Source of the DNA: Pseudobdellovibrionaceae bacterium
GTDB taxonomy: Bacteria > Bdellovibrionota > Bdellovibrionia > Bdellovibrionales > Bdellovibrionaceae
NCBI GenBank assembly: GCA_043779185.1
Contig: JAYWEQ010000156.1
Coordinates: 6,087-70,086 of the forward strand
Direction: 5' to 3'
Length of the DNA stretch: 64,000 bases
Both the position numbers and the translations under genes were made by a program. The first letter of the stretch is position 1. Each line of letters begins with the position of its first letter. Below are positions 55,842-64,000 of the stretch, one piece after another. The notes below the pieces were generated by a model. The model worked only from the letters and a program-made list of their open reading frames with translations, searched no databases and was not told the origin of the DNA.

Positions 55842-55893
55842 GCTTTTCCAAAATAAAAAAATACCGTACAGTATTAGTAACAAGGAGTTTCAA

Positions 55894-56271
55894 ATGAAAC
55901 ATGCAGGAACCAGCGCGCGAGTCATCTTAGGTCTGATTTTTTTCGTCTTCGGATTGAATGGGTTTTTTAATTTTATTCCCGTTCCGCCACCACCAGAAGC
56001 GGGAATGAAATTTTTAGGAGCGCTGGCTGGAACCGGATATTTTTTCCCGTTTTTAAAGTCAGTTGAAGTTTTGGGCGGCTTAGCTTTACTGACAAATATG
56101 TTTGCGCCGCTGGCTTTAATTGTATTAGCACCGATTATTATTAATATCTTCTTGTACCATTTTTTCTTGGCACCAGAGGGCCTCGTGCTTCCCGTATTGA
56201 TGGTTGCGTTGGCGCTTTTCTTAGGCCACAAATTCAGAGCTTACTACAAAGGCATTCTATGCATACGGTAA
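55894..56271 (+). CDS. DoxX-like family membrane protein
   Basis: AAGGAG RBS. 125 aa, 4 TM helices. Sits in the typical LysR/DoxX/pirin neighbourhood. Confidence 0.65.
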   Translation: MKHAGTSARVILGLIFFVFGLNGFFNFIPVPPPPEAGMKFLGALAGTGYFFPFLKSVEVLGGLALLTNMFAPLALIVLAPIIINIFLYHFFLAPEGLVLPVLMVALALFLGHKFRAYYKGILCIR

Positions 56272-56954
56272 GAAAATCTAAAGAAAGAGGTCATGTCAAC
56301 CATGGATGGTTAGACAGTTATCATACTTTCTCATTTGCTGATTACTATGATCCCCGACACGTGAGTTTCGGGGCTTTACGAGTGATTAACGAAGATGTCA
56401 TTGAGGGCGGAACTGGTTTTCCAACTCATGGTCACAGAGATATGGAAATCATCACTTACATTGTTGAAGGCGCTTTAGAACACAAGGACTCCATGGGAAC
56501 TTCGGCCGTCATCAGACCGGGCGAAGTTCAAACGATGAGCGCAGGAACTGGCGTTCGTCATTCAGAGTTCAATCATCTCGAGAATCAAAAAACCCATTTG
56601 TTGCAAATCTGGATTATGCCTGCGAAAGAAGGCATTGCTCCTGCTTACGGACAAAAAAAGTTTGAATTTGAAAAAGCCAAGGGAATGACTTTAGTTGTTT
56701 CCCAAAAAAGTATGGATGGATCGTTATCGATTAACCAAGATGCCAATATTTATGTGGCCAAATGGCAAATGAATGAAGCCAGCGAATTTAAAATTAAGCC
56801 GGGTCGCCGGGTGTGGATTCAAGTGGTGAAAGGTTCTCTGAAAGTCAGCGGAAAAACTCTTTCCGCTGGTGACGCTGTAGGTGTGACAGATGAAGAACTT
56901 TTGAAAATGCAGGCTGACGAGTCGTCTGAATTTTTGTTTTTTGATCTGCCCTGA
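56259..56954 (+). CDS. pirin family protein (YhhW-like)
   Basis: GFPTHGHRDMEIITY and HSEFN metal-ligand motifs, bicupin length. Confidence 0.95.
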   Translation: MHTVRKSKERGHVNHGWLDSYHTFSFADYYDPRHVSFGALRVINEDVIEGGTGFPTHGHRDMEIITYIVEGALEHKDSMGTSAVIRPGEVQTMSAGTGVRHSEFNHLENQKTHLLQIWIMPAKEGIAPAYGQKKFEFEKAKGMTLVVSQKSMDGSLSINQDANIYVAKWQMNEASEFKIKPGRRVWIQVVKGSLKVSGKTLSAGDAVGVTDEELLKMQADESSEFLFFDLP

Positions 56955-56981
56955 GGCGACAGTGCCGCCACAAATTAAATA

Positions 56982-58112
56982 TTACATTCTTAGCTGTTTG
57001 AACAATTCAGGAACACCACAGATGACTATACCATCTTGGATACGATTTGTTTCTTTGGGTGAAACAACAAAACACTGACTTACTTGAGGGTAATATTCTT
57101 TGAATTTCTTTAAACCAGATAGATCTGTTTTACTGACAATGTTAGCTTTAGCTTCGATAGCGTAGATCTTATTCTTCCAGCGAATGATAAAATCAACTTC
57201 AACATCATGGCGGGTTCTAAAGTAAAACACTTCCAGCTTTTGATCCAAAGCCTGAGCCGAGTTTTTTAATTGTGAAAAAATTAAATGCTCAAACAGCGAA
57301 CCAATCCGATCTTTTGAGACAACGAAATTAACTAATAGACCATTTAAAACCCCTGGATCAAAAAAGTAAAATTTAGGATGTTTGATCACATCGGCGCCTT
57401 CGGCCAGATCAAAAACTTCAACTCTAGACCCAATTAAAGTATCTTCAAGAATTTCAACAAACCTAATTATGCTTGTGCGGGACACTTTTGATTTTGTAGA
57501 AATTTTTGAAAAATCTAAAATACGACTTGATGACTCTGCCATGACATTGAGAAAACGAATAAATCCTTGTAGATTTCTAGTAAGGGCTTCGGCTTGCACT
57601 TCTTCTTTCAAATAGGCTTGCGAATAACTTTCTAAAAGTTTTTCAGCGACGTTTTTATTTTTTTCTAAATAAGGTTCTGGTAAAAAACCGACAGACAGGG
57701 CTTTGGAGACATCAATTTCATAGTTAAGTTCTTTAAGGCTAAGTCCGCCCATGCTGTACATAAAAATTCGGCCTGGTAAAAGATTAGCCTGACCTCTACG
57801 TAATTTACGTGCGCTTGAGCCGGACAAGAAAAAAATAATTTTTGAATCATCTATCAGGCTTTGAATAGTATTTAATAGGCCCGGAATTCGCTGAACTTCA
57901 TCGACCAGAACTGTTTTTTTATCTTTGACGAGGGATTCAAACATCTCTAAGTCACTTGATATTTTAATGAATTCAGCTTCGTTTGAAAGATTAATTATTT
58001 TCTCTGGTTTTAAAAGTTTCAGTAAGGTCGATTTTCCAACCTGCCTGGGTCCAACTAATAAAATACTTTTAGGTGATTTGCGCAATTTTTCTAAAAGTAG
58101 TCTTTTTACCAT
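56982..58112 (-). CDS. AAA-type ATPase with DUF4143 C-terminal domain (COG1373-like)
   Basis: Walker A (GPRQVGKST), Walker B (VLVDEVQ), C-terminal restriction-endonuclease-like region (EVDFII...AIEAK). Start at the internal ATG 58112. Markedly AT-rich. Confidence 0.85.
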   Translation of the reverse strand: MVKRLLLEKLRKSPKSILLVGPRQVGKSTLLKLLKPEKIINLSNEAEFIKISSDLEMFESLVKDKKTVLVDEVQRIPGLLNTIQSLIDDSKIIFFLSGSSARKLRRGQANLLPGRIFMYSMGGLSLKELNYEIDVSKALSVGFLPEPYLEKNKNVAEKLLESYSQAYLKEEVQAEALTRNLQGFIRFLNVMAESSSRILDFSKISTKSKVSRTSIIRFVEILEDTLIGSRVEVFDLAEGADVIKHPKFYFFDPGVLNGLLVNFVVSKDRIGSLFEHLIFSQLKNSAQALDQKLEVFYFRTRHDVEVDFIIRWKNKIYAIEAKANIVSKTDLSGLKKFKEYYPQVSQCFVVSPKETNRIQDGIVICGVPELFKQLRM

Positions 58113-58268
58113 GTGGTCATTTTTACCGTAAATATGACCACATGTCAACAGAATGAAAGTTGACGGCAACGAGCAGGATGGGAACGTTGGACCTTGCCGG
58201 AATTTTAAGTGAATCAATTTGGGGATGAACTTTGAGTCCGTACTACATTATAAAAAATGAATTCAATT

Positions 58269-58913
58269 TTAAACGTATTTAATTACATCTTTGTGATCAA
58301 AGCGGACCTTGGCGTTATGCTGAAACGAATCTTCCGACGATCGATAGCCACAAGCCACGGCGGCGACAGCGCTCCAGTGAACACCATCAAGTTTTAAGAT
58401 TCGATTATACTCGGCAGGGACCAAGCCTTCCATCGGACAAGTATCGATATCCAAAAGGGCTGCTGATTCCATAATCATTCCCATCGCGATATAAGTTTGG
58501 CGCTCGGCCCAGTGGGAAATAACTTCAGAGCGAGGACCTTTGATTAAATCACCAACCATGGCTTGTTTGTAACCAGCCATCGAATCAAGACTGACACCAC
58601 GAACAGACGCCACTTTATTTAAATAATTTTGTATATGAGCTTCATCCATTTTTGGTTTGTAAACTAAGACGACAAAATGCGAGCAATCAGTGACTTGAGT
58701 TTGATTCCAAGAAGCGGCTTTTAATTGTTCACGAATTTTAGGATCTTGAACCACCCAAAACTGCCAAGGCTGAAGACCATAAGAAGAAGGAGCTAGTCGC
58801 AATGTTTCTTCTAAAATTTTCCAATCAGATTCTTTAATTTTTTTAGTCGCATCAAATTTTTTAACGGCGTAGCGCCAGTTCAGCTTTTCTAATAAAGTGG
58901 ACTGCATCGACAT
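58269..58913 (-). CDS. NAD(P)H nitroreductase family protein
   Basis: RYAVKKF, PSSYGLQPW and the overall 214-aa nitroreductase pattern. Confidence 0.9.
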   Translation of the reverse strand: MSMQSTLLEKLNWRYAVKKFDATKKIKESDWKILEETLRLAPSSYGLQPWQFWVVQDPKIREQLKAASWNQTQVTDCSHFVVLVYKPKMDEAHIQNYLNKVASVRGVSLDSMAGYKQAMVGDLIKGPRSEVISHWAERQTYIAMGMIMESAALLDIDTCPMEGLVPAEYNRILKLDGVHWSAVAAVACGYRSSEDSFQHNAKVRFDHKDVIKYV

Positions 58914-58922
58914 AGAGTATCC

Positions 58923-59378
58923 TTACTTTGTTTCAAACATTGATTTTGTGAAATCACCATGCGTACTGCCCAGCCATTTTGTTTGGTTGGTGCCGGCCAC
59001 GCGCCAGTAGTAATGTTTTCCGGCCTCAAGGCTTTTCACTTCAAACGAAGTTCCCGTGTACAAATATTCGTTGGCCACAAGCCATTTGAAATTAGGATCT
59101 GTCGCCACCTGCACATGATAATTTTCGGCGTCTTTAGCTTCTTTCCATTTTAAAACTGTCGATCCAGACGCTGTTGACATAAATGCAGGCTCAGTTAATT
59201 CGACCGCACCGGGAGCTTTGGAATTTTCTAAATCATTGGTCGGCTTCGGAAATACTTTGCCGCTACCATGGCCTGCGGAAAGATCGGCGTGTTCACCGTG
59301 ACCGCCATGGCCAGATTCAGCAACAGCGTAGTTGTTTAAAGAAAAAGCTAAAACGACGACGGACAATAAAACTTTCAT
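58923..59378 (-). CDS. secreted protein with a His/Gly-rich N-terminus and an FN3-like domain
   Basis: Signal peptide, then ESGHGGHGEHADLSAGHGSG and YHVQVATDPNF...HYYWRV. RBS gaggcagga. Confidence 0.6.
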   Translation of the reverse strand: MKVLLSVVVLAFSLNNYAVAESGHGGHGEHADLSAGHGSGKVFPKPTNDLENSKAPGAVELTEPAFMSTASGSTVLKWKEAKDAENYHVQVATDPNFKWLVANEYLYTGTSFEVKSLEAGKHYYWRVAGTNQTKWLGSTHGDFTKSMFETK

Positions 59379-59500
59379 AACTTCCTGCCTCAAATGTGAA
59401 TTAACGGTTGATCACTAAAATCTACAAGAAAAGAAGGCATCTGTTAACCGTTTTGCACGGCGGCCGTTGCGGGTTTTGGCAAATGGTGTTATAAATCAGG

Positions 59501-59889
59501 CCGTTTTGCAGATGATCGCTGGGACGCAAGTTCCAGAGGAAAGTCCGGACTCCAAATGGCAGCGCAGGGGGTAACGCCCCTCCACCGGATTCTTGGGTTA
59601 AACCAAGCTTGAGGGTGAGGAACAGTGGAACAGAGAGAATGTCCAGGGCATTGACCGAGGTACCGGGAACGGGAGGGCCTCGCGAGCTGCTGGAGTGAAA
59701 ACAGCCAAACTCTGCGTGGAGCAAGATCAAATAGGGGAGCATAAGTCCGCAAGGACCGAAGTTGAGCCACAATAAGCTTCCGGGTCAGATCGCTAGAGGG
59801 TGACAGCAATGTCGCTCCCAGAGAAATGGTCATCACGAATTTTCTTTGATCAAGAAAGTTCGAACAGAATCCGGCTTATCGCAAAGCTA
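59501..59889 (+). ncRNA. rnpB: RNase P RNA, bacterial type A
   Basis: GAGGAAAGTCCGGACTCC (59536-), GGTAACGCC, ACAGAGA, AGCAAGATCAAATAGGGGA, ACAGAATCCGGCTTATCG. P1 pairs gttttgc (59503) with gcaaagc (59881). P2 pairs gatgatc with ggtcatc. Confidence 0.92.
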
Positions 59890-59901
59890 AAGATCAATCG
59901 A

Positions 59902-59942
59902 CCGGGGGTTTCTTTTAACGAGGAAGCCCCCGTTCCTTTTTT
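59902..59942 (+). terminator. rho-independent terminator after rnpB
   Basis: cggggg...ccccc hairpin followed by gttcctttttt. Confidence 0.7.
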
Positions 59943-60030
59943 AGGCAGTGCGTGCAGACTTTGTCGTTTCGCAAGTTGACCACTGGCAAAAAAATTAGCA
60001 CCGTTAAGGTCCTCTTGAAAGGACGTCTAA

Positions 60031-60999
60031 ATGGAATATCGTCACCTTGGAAAATCCGGTCTTAAAGTCAGTCAACTTTCTTTTGGCTCTTGGGTCACCT
60101 TTGGAAAACAAATAGAATTGAAAGATGCGACCGACGCCTTATCAGTGGCGCGCGAATACGGTGTGAATTTTTTTGATAATGCCGAAGTTTACGCCCATGG
60201 AAAATCCGAAGAGATTATGGGCCTAGCCTTAAAAAAACTGGATTGGCCGCGCTTATCCTATATGGTTTCGACAAAATTTTTCTGGGGCATCACTCAAGAT
60301 ATCAACGGCACCAATACTTTAAATCGTAAATATCTGATGCAAGCGATCACTGGAAGTCTGAAACGTCTACAGATGGATTATGTCGATTTGGTGTACTGTC
60401 ATCGACCAGACACTCAGACACCGATGGAAGAAACCGTTTGGGCCATGCATGATATGATCGAGCGAGGTTACGCCCTTTACTGGGGAACTTCAGAGTGGAG
60501 TGCGGCGCAAATTAAATCAGCTCATGCGGTGGCAGAAAAATACCATTTGCGAAAACCGATCGTCGAGCAGCCTCAGTACAATCTTTTTTACCGTCATCGC
60601 GTCGAGGAAGAATACAAAGATCTTTATGAAAAAGAAGGTTTGGGTTTAACCATCTGGAGTCCTTTGGCTTCAGGAGTTCTTTCCGGCAAATACTTGGGAG
60701 CAACACCTGAAGGTTCAAGGTTAACGATGAAGTCGATGTCTTGGCTAGCCGATGAATACCAAACTGCTGTAAAAATTAAACAAGTCGAAAGCTTCGTAAA
60801 AATTGCGAAAGATCTTTCTGTCACACCAGCGGCCTTAGCGATTGCGTGGTGTTCAAAAAATCCCCGAGTCAGCACAGTGATCACGGGTGCCTCTAGAGTC
60901 GAGCAGATTCATGATAATATGAAAGCCCTGGAAGCCATTACAAAATTATCTAGCGATGTGATGACAAAAATTGATCAGCTATTTCCAGTAAAAGCTTAG
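60031..60999 (+). CDS. aldo/keto reductase (Kv-beta-subunit-like subgroup)
   Basis: MEYRHLGKSGLKVS, FDNAEVYA.GKSE, DLVYCHRPD, YWGTSEW. Confidence 0.95.
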   Translation: MEYRHLGKSGLKVSQLSFGSWVTFGKQIELKDATDALSVAREYGVNFFDNAEVYAHGKSEEIMGLALKKLDWPRLSYMVSTKFFWGITQDINGTNTLNRKYLMQAITGSLKRLQMDYVDLVYCHRPDTQTPMEETVWAMHDMIERGYALYWGTSEWSAAQIKSAHAVAEKYHLRKPIVEQPQYNLFYRHRVEEEYKDLYEKEGLGLTIWSPLASGVLSGKYLGATPEGSRLTMKSMSWLADEYQTAVKIKQVESFVKIAKDLSVTPAALAIAWCSKNPRVSTVITGASRVEQIHDNMKALEAITKLSSDVMTKIDQLFPVKA

Positions 61000-61811
61000 C
61001 TGCTGGCCGAGCTATAATACTTTAAACAAAAATTCCAGAACCGATGCGATAAATAAATCAGCATCGGCGCCAAAAACACAGCCCATAAAGGAAACCAAAT
61101 ATTTGGAGGGTCGATCAAAACTCGGGCGGGTACACTGGCGATCATACCAATGGGAAGGATGGTTAACAGAATAAATTTAAGCCAAGGAAAATAAATCGAA
61201 TCTGGCCGCGTCGCCAGTTTATAAAGTTGAAACCATAAAAACTGAATATTTTCAGATTTTGCAAAGATCACCGCCAAGGCGCTGAATGAAAATCGTAAGG
61301 CATAAACCACACTGACTCCACAAGGAACCATAACGATCAGCCAAAGAAGGCGCCACGACGAAAACTCAGGCAGATGTGAAAGGCTCCAGAAAAACCAAAT
61401 AAGGCCTAAAATAAGATTTCCGAAAAGGGCTGTATTTACTTTTTGAAGGCTAATAATAAATTGTGACTCGACGGGTTTGGATAAAATTAAATCCATATCG
61501 CCTTTGCGAACTTTTTCTGACATTCGGTCCAGATTTTCACTGAAAACAATCATGTAAATGGCGTCGATCACAAATAGTACACCTAAGAAAACCCGCGTCT
61601 GAGCTTGGTTCCAATCACCAATTTTATCGGTGTGCAAGAAAAGCACTTCAAAAGTCGTGATCTGAGCGGCATACCAAAAAATATCAGTCAGAATGCGAAT
61701 AAGAAAATTACTGCGAAACTCTAGGTCTGCAATAAAGCTTGCACGAAAAAAAGCCTTGTAAAGCGACGCGTATTTTTTGAGCCTAATGATTCTAGGCGCC
61801 AGTGCCAACAT
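60996..61811 (-). CDS. ABC-2 type transporter permease (COG3694/COG4587-like)
   Basis: 271 aa, 6 TM helices. Third gene of the ATPase-permease-permease operon. Confidence 0.8.
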   Translation of the reverse strand: MLALAPRIIRLKKYASLYKAFFRASFIADLEFRSNFLIRILTDIFWYAAQITTFEVLFLHTDKIGDWNQAQTRVFLGVLFVIDAIYMIVFSENLDRMSEKVRKGDMDLILSKPVESQFIISLQKVNTALFGNLILGLIWFFWSLSHLPEFSSWRLLWLIVMVPCGVSVVYALRFSFSALAVIFAKSENIQFLWFQLYKLATRPDSIYFPWLKFILLTILPIGMIASVPARVLIDPPNIWFPLWAVFLAPMLIYLSHRFWNFCLKYYSSASS

Positions 61812-62625
61812 AGCTTTTCAGTCCTTTCTTCCAACAATAGGCTGCCAAAATATTGACTAGAACTAAACTGACGGTGACGTTCATGAAACCCCGCTGAACA
61901 GCATCAATTCCAATGCGGCCTGTGATATATCCGACAGGAATAAAAGCACCTGAGGGGAAAGGCAGATTGAACATTATATTTTGCAGCCAAGGTGGCATCA
62001 GGTCCGTTGGAACCAGCTCGCCGGTAAGCACCCATATGAATAAATTTTTCGCCGTTGTTAGCGAACTGACTTTGGTTAAAAAGAACGCCATCGTGCTGAC
62101 AAGAAAGCTGATGCTGTGGATCAGAATCAAATAATAAAACGCTAATAGAAGCGCCAAAGGTAAACGATCAAACTGGGTGGGTAAATTAAAATTTAAAACT
62201 AAAATCAAAGGAATTAAAAAAGAAAAGAAAGTCGTGATAAATTTATAACCCATCAACTGGCTAAAATAATATTCATAAAAACTTAATGGTCGGACCAGCA
62301 AACTATTAATAGTGCCGGAATCAATCTCTTCAACCATACGGGATTCATACATCCAACTTGTCGTGACCCGAGACATAAAGGCCGCCCAAAGGGCATAACT
62401 GAGATAATATTCTCTGGTAAAGCCAGCGACTGCGGTCGAGCCGACAGATTTAAACACCGCCCACCACAAAAGCATTTCAATGCCGGAGGTGACCGTCGGT
62501 TGAAGAAGTGCATCAATCACAAAATTCAATCGATATTCTAAATTTGTCGAAATCGCGAGTTTAAAAAACCCGAGATTCCTTTTCCAAAAAGCAGCGAATA
62601 ACATCTTCAAAATCCGATTCTTCAA
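61792..62625 (-). CDS. ABC-2 type transporter permease
   Basis: 277 aa, 6 TM helices, N-terminal ...LEYRLNF... pattern. The 5' end overlaps the ATPase gene by 44-65 nt. Confidence 0.8.
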   Translation of the reverse strand: MKNRILKMLFAAFWKRNLGFFKLAISTNLEYRLNFVIDALLQPTVTSGIEMLLWWAVFKSVGSTAVAGFTREYYLSYALWAAFMSRVTTSWMYESRMVEEIDSGTINSLLVRPLSFYEYYFSQLMGYKFITTFFSFLIPLILVLNFNLPTQFDRLPLALLLAFYYLILIHSISFLVSTMAFFLTKVSSLTTAKNLFIWVLTGELVPTDLMPPWLQNIMFNLPFPSGAFIPVGYITGRIGIDAVQRGFMNVTVSLVLVNILAAYCWKKGLKSYVGTGA

Positions 62626-63550
62626 TTTTTAATTCTTGGAGTGCACCAAGGTGAGTAATTTCGCTCAGTAAAGTTGGTAATTGTTGGCCGCTGACCTTCA
62701 AAGAGTATTCTTTCTGCCCGGGTGATAAAATAAATTCATTGCCGATTCTGACCTGGCTTGAAAGTTCATCCGTAAAACGAAAAGTTAATAACTGTTTGGC
62801 TTCAGATTTTTTGGTGAACTGTTCGACAGTGCCATTATAAACAATAGAGCCCTGGCTGATCAATAAAAGCTGATGGGCTAATTTTGCAATATCATCCATA
62901 TAGTGACTGGTTAGAATCACCGTCGGGCCCTTATTTTCTACATATTTTTGCAAAAATTCACGGATCGTTGTCTGAGCAACAATATCAAGACCGATCGTCG
63001 GTTCATCAAGAAATAAAACTTCGGGTTCATGAAGAAGAGCCCCGATTAACTCCATTTTCATGCGCTCGCCCAAACTTAATCTTCTAAGCTGTGTTTCAAG
63101 GACATGGTCGCAGCGAAGCAGCGTCGCTAATTCTTGAACTCGCAGGCGGGCTTTTTTTAAATCCAAATCATAAATCCGAGCTAGCAAGGAATAACTGTCC
63201 AAAGGTGAAAGATCCCACCACAGCTGATTTTTTTGACCCAGTAAAATACTGATGCGTTTTAAGTATTCAGATTTTCTTTCCCAAGGCCTAAAACCTAAAA
63301 CCTTGGCCTCACCCGAGCTGGGTGTGATCAGACCGGAAAGAATTTTTAGTAAAGTAGTTTTCCCAGCCCCATTGGCACCCACTAAGCCGATGATTTGTCC
63401 GGATTCGATCCTCAGATTGACATCAGTCAGAGCTTTTTTGACGACATGCTGGCGGTTCCAAAATCCTTGGACCGAGTTCCAGATACCTTCTTTTTTTTGA
63501 TAACTTTTGTAGACTCTGCTGAGTCCACTGGTTTCGATGACTAAGGACAT
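62561..63550 (-). CDS. ABC transporter ATP-binding protein (COG4586-like)
   Basis: Walker A (GANGAGKTT), LSLGERMK signature, Walker B (LFLDEPT). Confidence 0.9.
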   Translation of the reverse strand: MSLVIETSGLSRVYKSYQKKEGIWNSVQGFWNRQHVVKKALTDVNLRIESGQIIGLVGANGAGKTTLLKILSGLITPSSGEAKVLGFRPWERKSEYLKRISILLGQKNQLWWDLSPLDSYSLLARIYDLDLKKARLRVQELATLLRCDHVLETQLRRLSLGERMKMELIGALLHEPEVLFLDEPTIGLDIVAQTTIREFLQKYVENKGPTVILTSHYMDDIAKLAHQLLLISQGSIVYNGTVEQFTKKSEAKQLLTFRFTDELSSQVRIGNEFILSPGQKEYSLKVSGQQLPTLLSEITHLGALQELKIEESDFEDVIRCFLEKESRVF

Positions 63551-63559
63551 CGTTGAAGC

Positions 63560-64000
63560 TTATTCGGTCGCTTGGAATTCTGCAAATTGATTTGAATCGC
63601 GAATAAAGGTGTCGAATGAAGGTGACACGAAGCTGGCCTCTGTGATGCGCCCTTCTGAACAGCTGGCCAAAACTTCAGCCCGTTGATCGGCAGGAGCTTG
63701 ATAATATCCACATTGGCTGAGGTCCCACGCTTTTTCAGAATAGGTAATACGATAGCCAATTAAAGTTTCACCGCTATAAAGAGCATCCACTTGATCTAAG
63801 CGAGTTTGACCTGCAGCATGGAAATCACCGCCTAATATTGTATCAGCCCAATCTTGTGCCTGTTCAAAAGCAACAGAGGTCAAAGTTTTATAAAGTTCCT
63901 TTTCTAGAAAAGGGGTTTCGTCACGGGCATACATTCGCTGAGTTTGGTGGGGCGCCTGGCATTGGGCTTCAAAGGATTTAGCATCAGGACCCAATTCATC
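63560..64000 (-). CDS. hypothetical protein, 3' part (5' end outside window)
   Basis: The frame is open to the window edge. The stop is 9 nt upstream of the ABC ATPase start. No family recognised. Confidence 0.5.
   Translation of the reverse strand, partial: DELGPDAKSFEAQCQAPHQTQRMYARDETPFLEKELYKTLTSVAFEQAQDWADTILGGDFHAAGQTRLDQVDALYSGETLIGYRITYSEKAWDLSQCGYYQAPADQRAEVLASCSEGRITEASFVSPSFDTFIRDSNQFAEFQATE

Noticed and set aside
59422-59836. Two overlapping minus-strand ORFs of 115-116 aa (59422-59772 and 59489-59836).
   Set aside because: They lie antisense across the RNase P RNA gene, whose conserved motifs and P1/P2 pairings explain the region. Neither ORF has an RBS or a recognisable protein family.
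59984-60000. TGGCAA-N-TTAGCA upstream of the aldo/keto reductase gene, and TGGCAC at 3531 upstream of the MBL-fold gene.
   Set aside because: At 59984 the GG to GC spacing is 13 nt rather than 12. At 3531 there is no TTGC-like -12 element at the right distance.

Overview
Gene-dense 64-kb chromosomal window, about 42% GC by eye, with roughly 75 protein genes on both strands. There are no rRNA or tRNA genes and one RNase P RNA (type A, about 59.50-59.89 kb, + strand). Most content is housekeeping or accessory metabolism: katG (3' part), VOC, MAPEG, two MFS transporters, SDR, DEAD-box and RecQ helicases, beta-carbonic anhydrase, acyl-ACP thioesterase, two ABC-F ATPases, two SlyD-type FKBPs, two hemerythrin-like proteins, an OYE flavoprotein, GDP-fucose synthase, O-antigen-ligase-like protein, a LysR/DoxX-like/pirin unit, an ABC-2 exporter, and many secreted or lipoproteins. 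I recognised no transposase, integrase, phage genes, CRISPR array or known defence system. Gene content (S1 protease lipoprotein, RRM protein, PqiAB, planctomycete-type cytochrome modules) and composition are reminiscent of Bdellovibrio-like/Oligoflexia genomes, but that is only an impression. Items worth a second look, roughly in order of interest: (1) a perfect sigma-54 promoter in front of a Cys-framed Gly/Tyr-repeat lipoprotein; (2) a lipoprotein with two CxxCH planctomycete-cytochrome-like modules flanking three FN3 repeats, in a GC-rich gene; (3) a RluA-pseudouridine-synthase/RlmI-methyltransferase fusion, with stand-alone paralogues of both halves also in the window; (4) a DCC-family oxidoreductase whose CxxC motif lies upstream of any canonical start codon; (5) a TGACAA-N2-TTGTCA dyad present three times, always intergenic; (6) two disrupted genes (a frameshifted orphan histidine kinase and an in-frame TAA in an NAD(P)-binding gene); (7) six convergent gene pairs that share a 4-nt stop/stop overlap. 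No complete, clearly novel multi-gene system can be demonstrated from sequence alone. The candidates are stated as hypotheses with tests.
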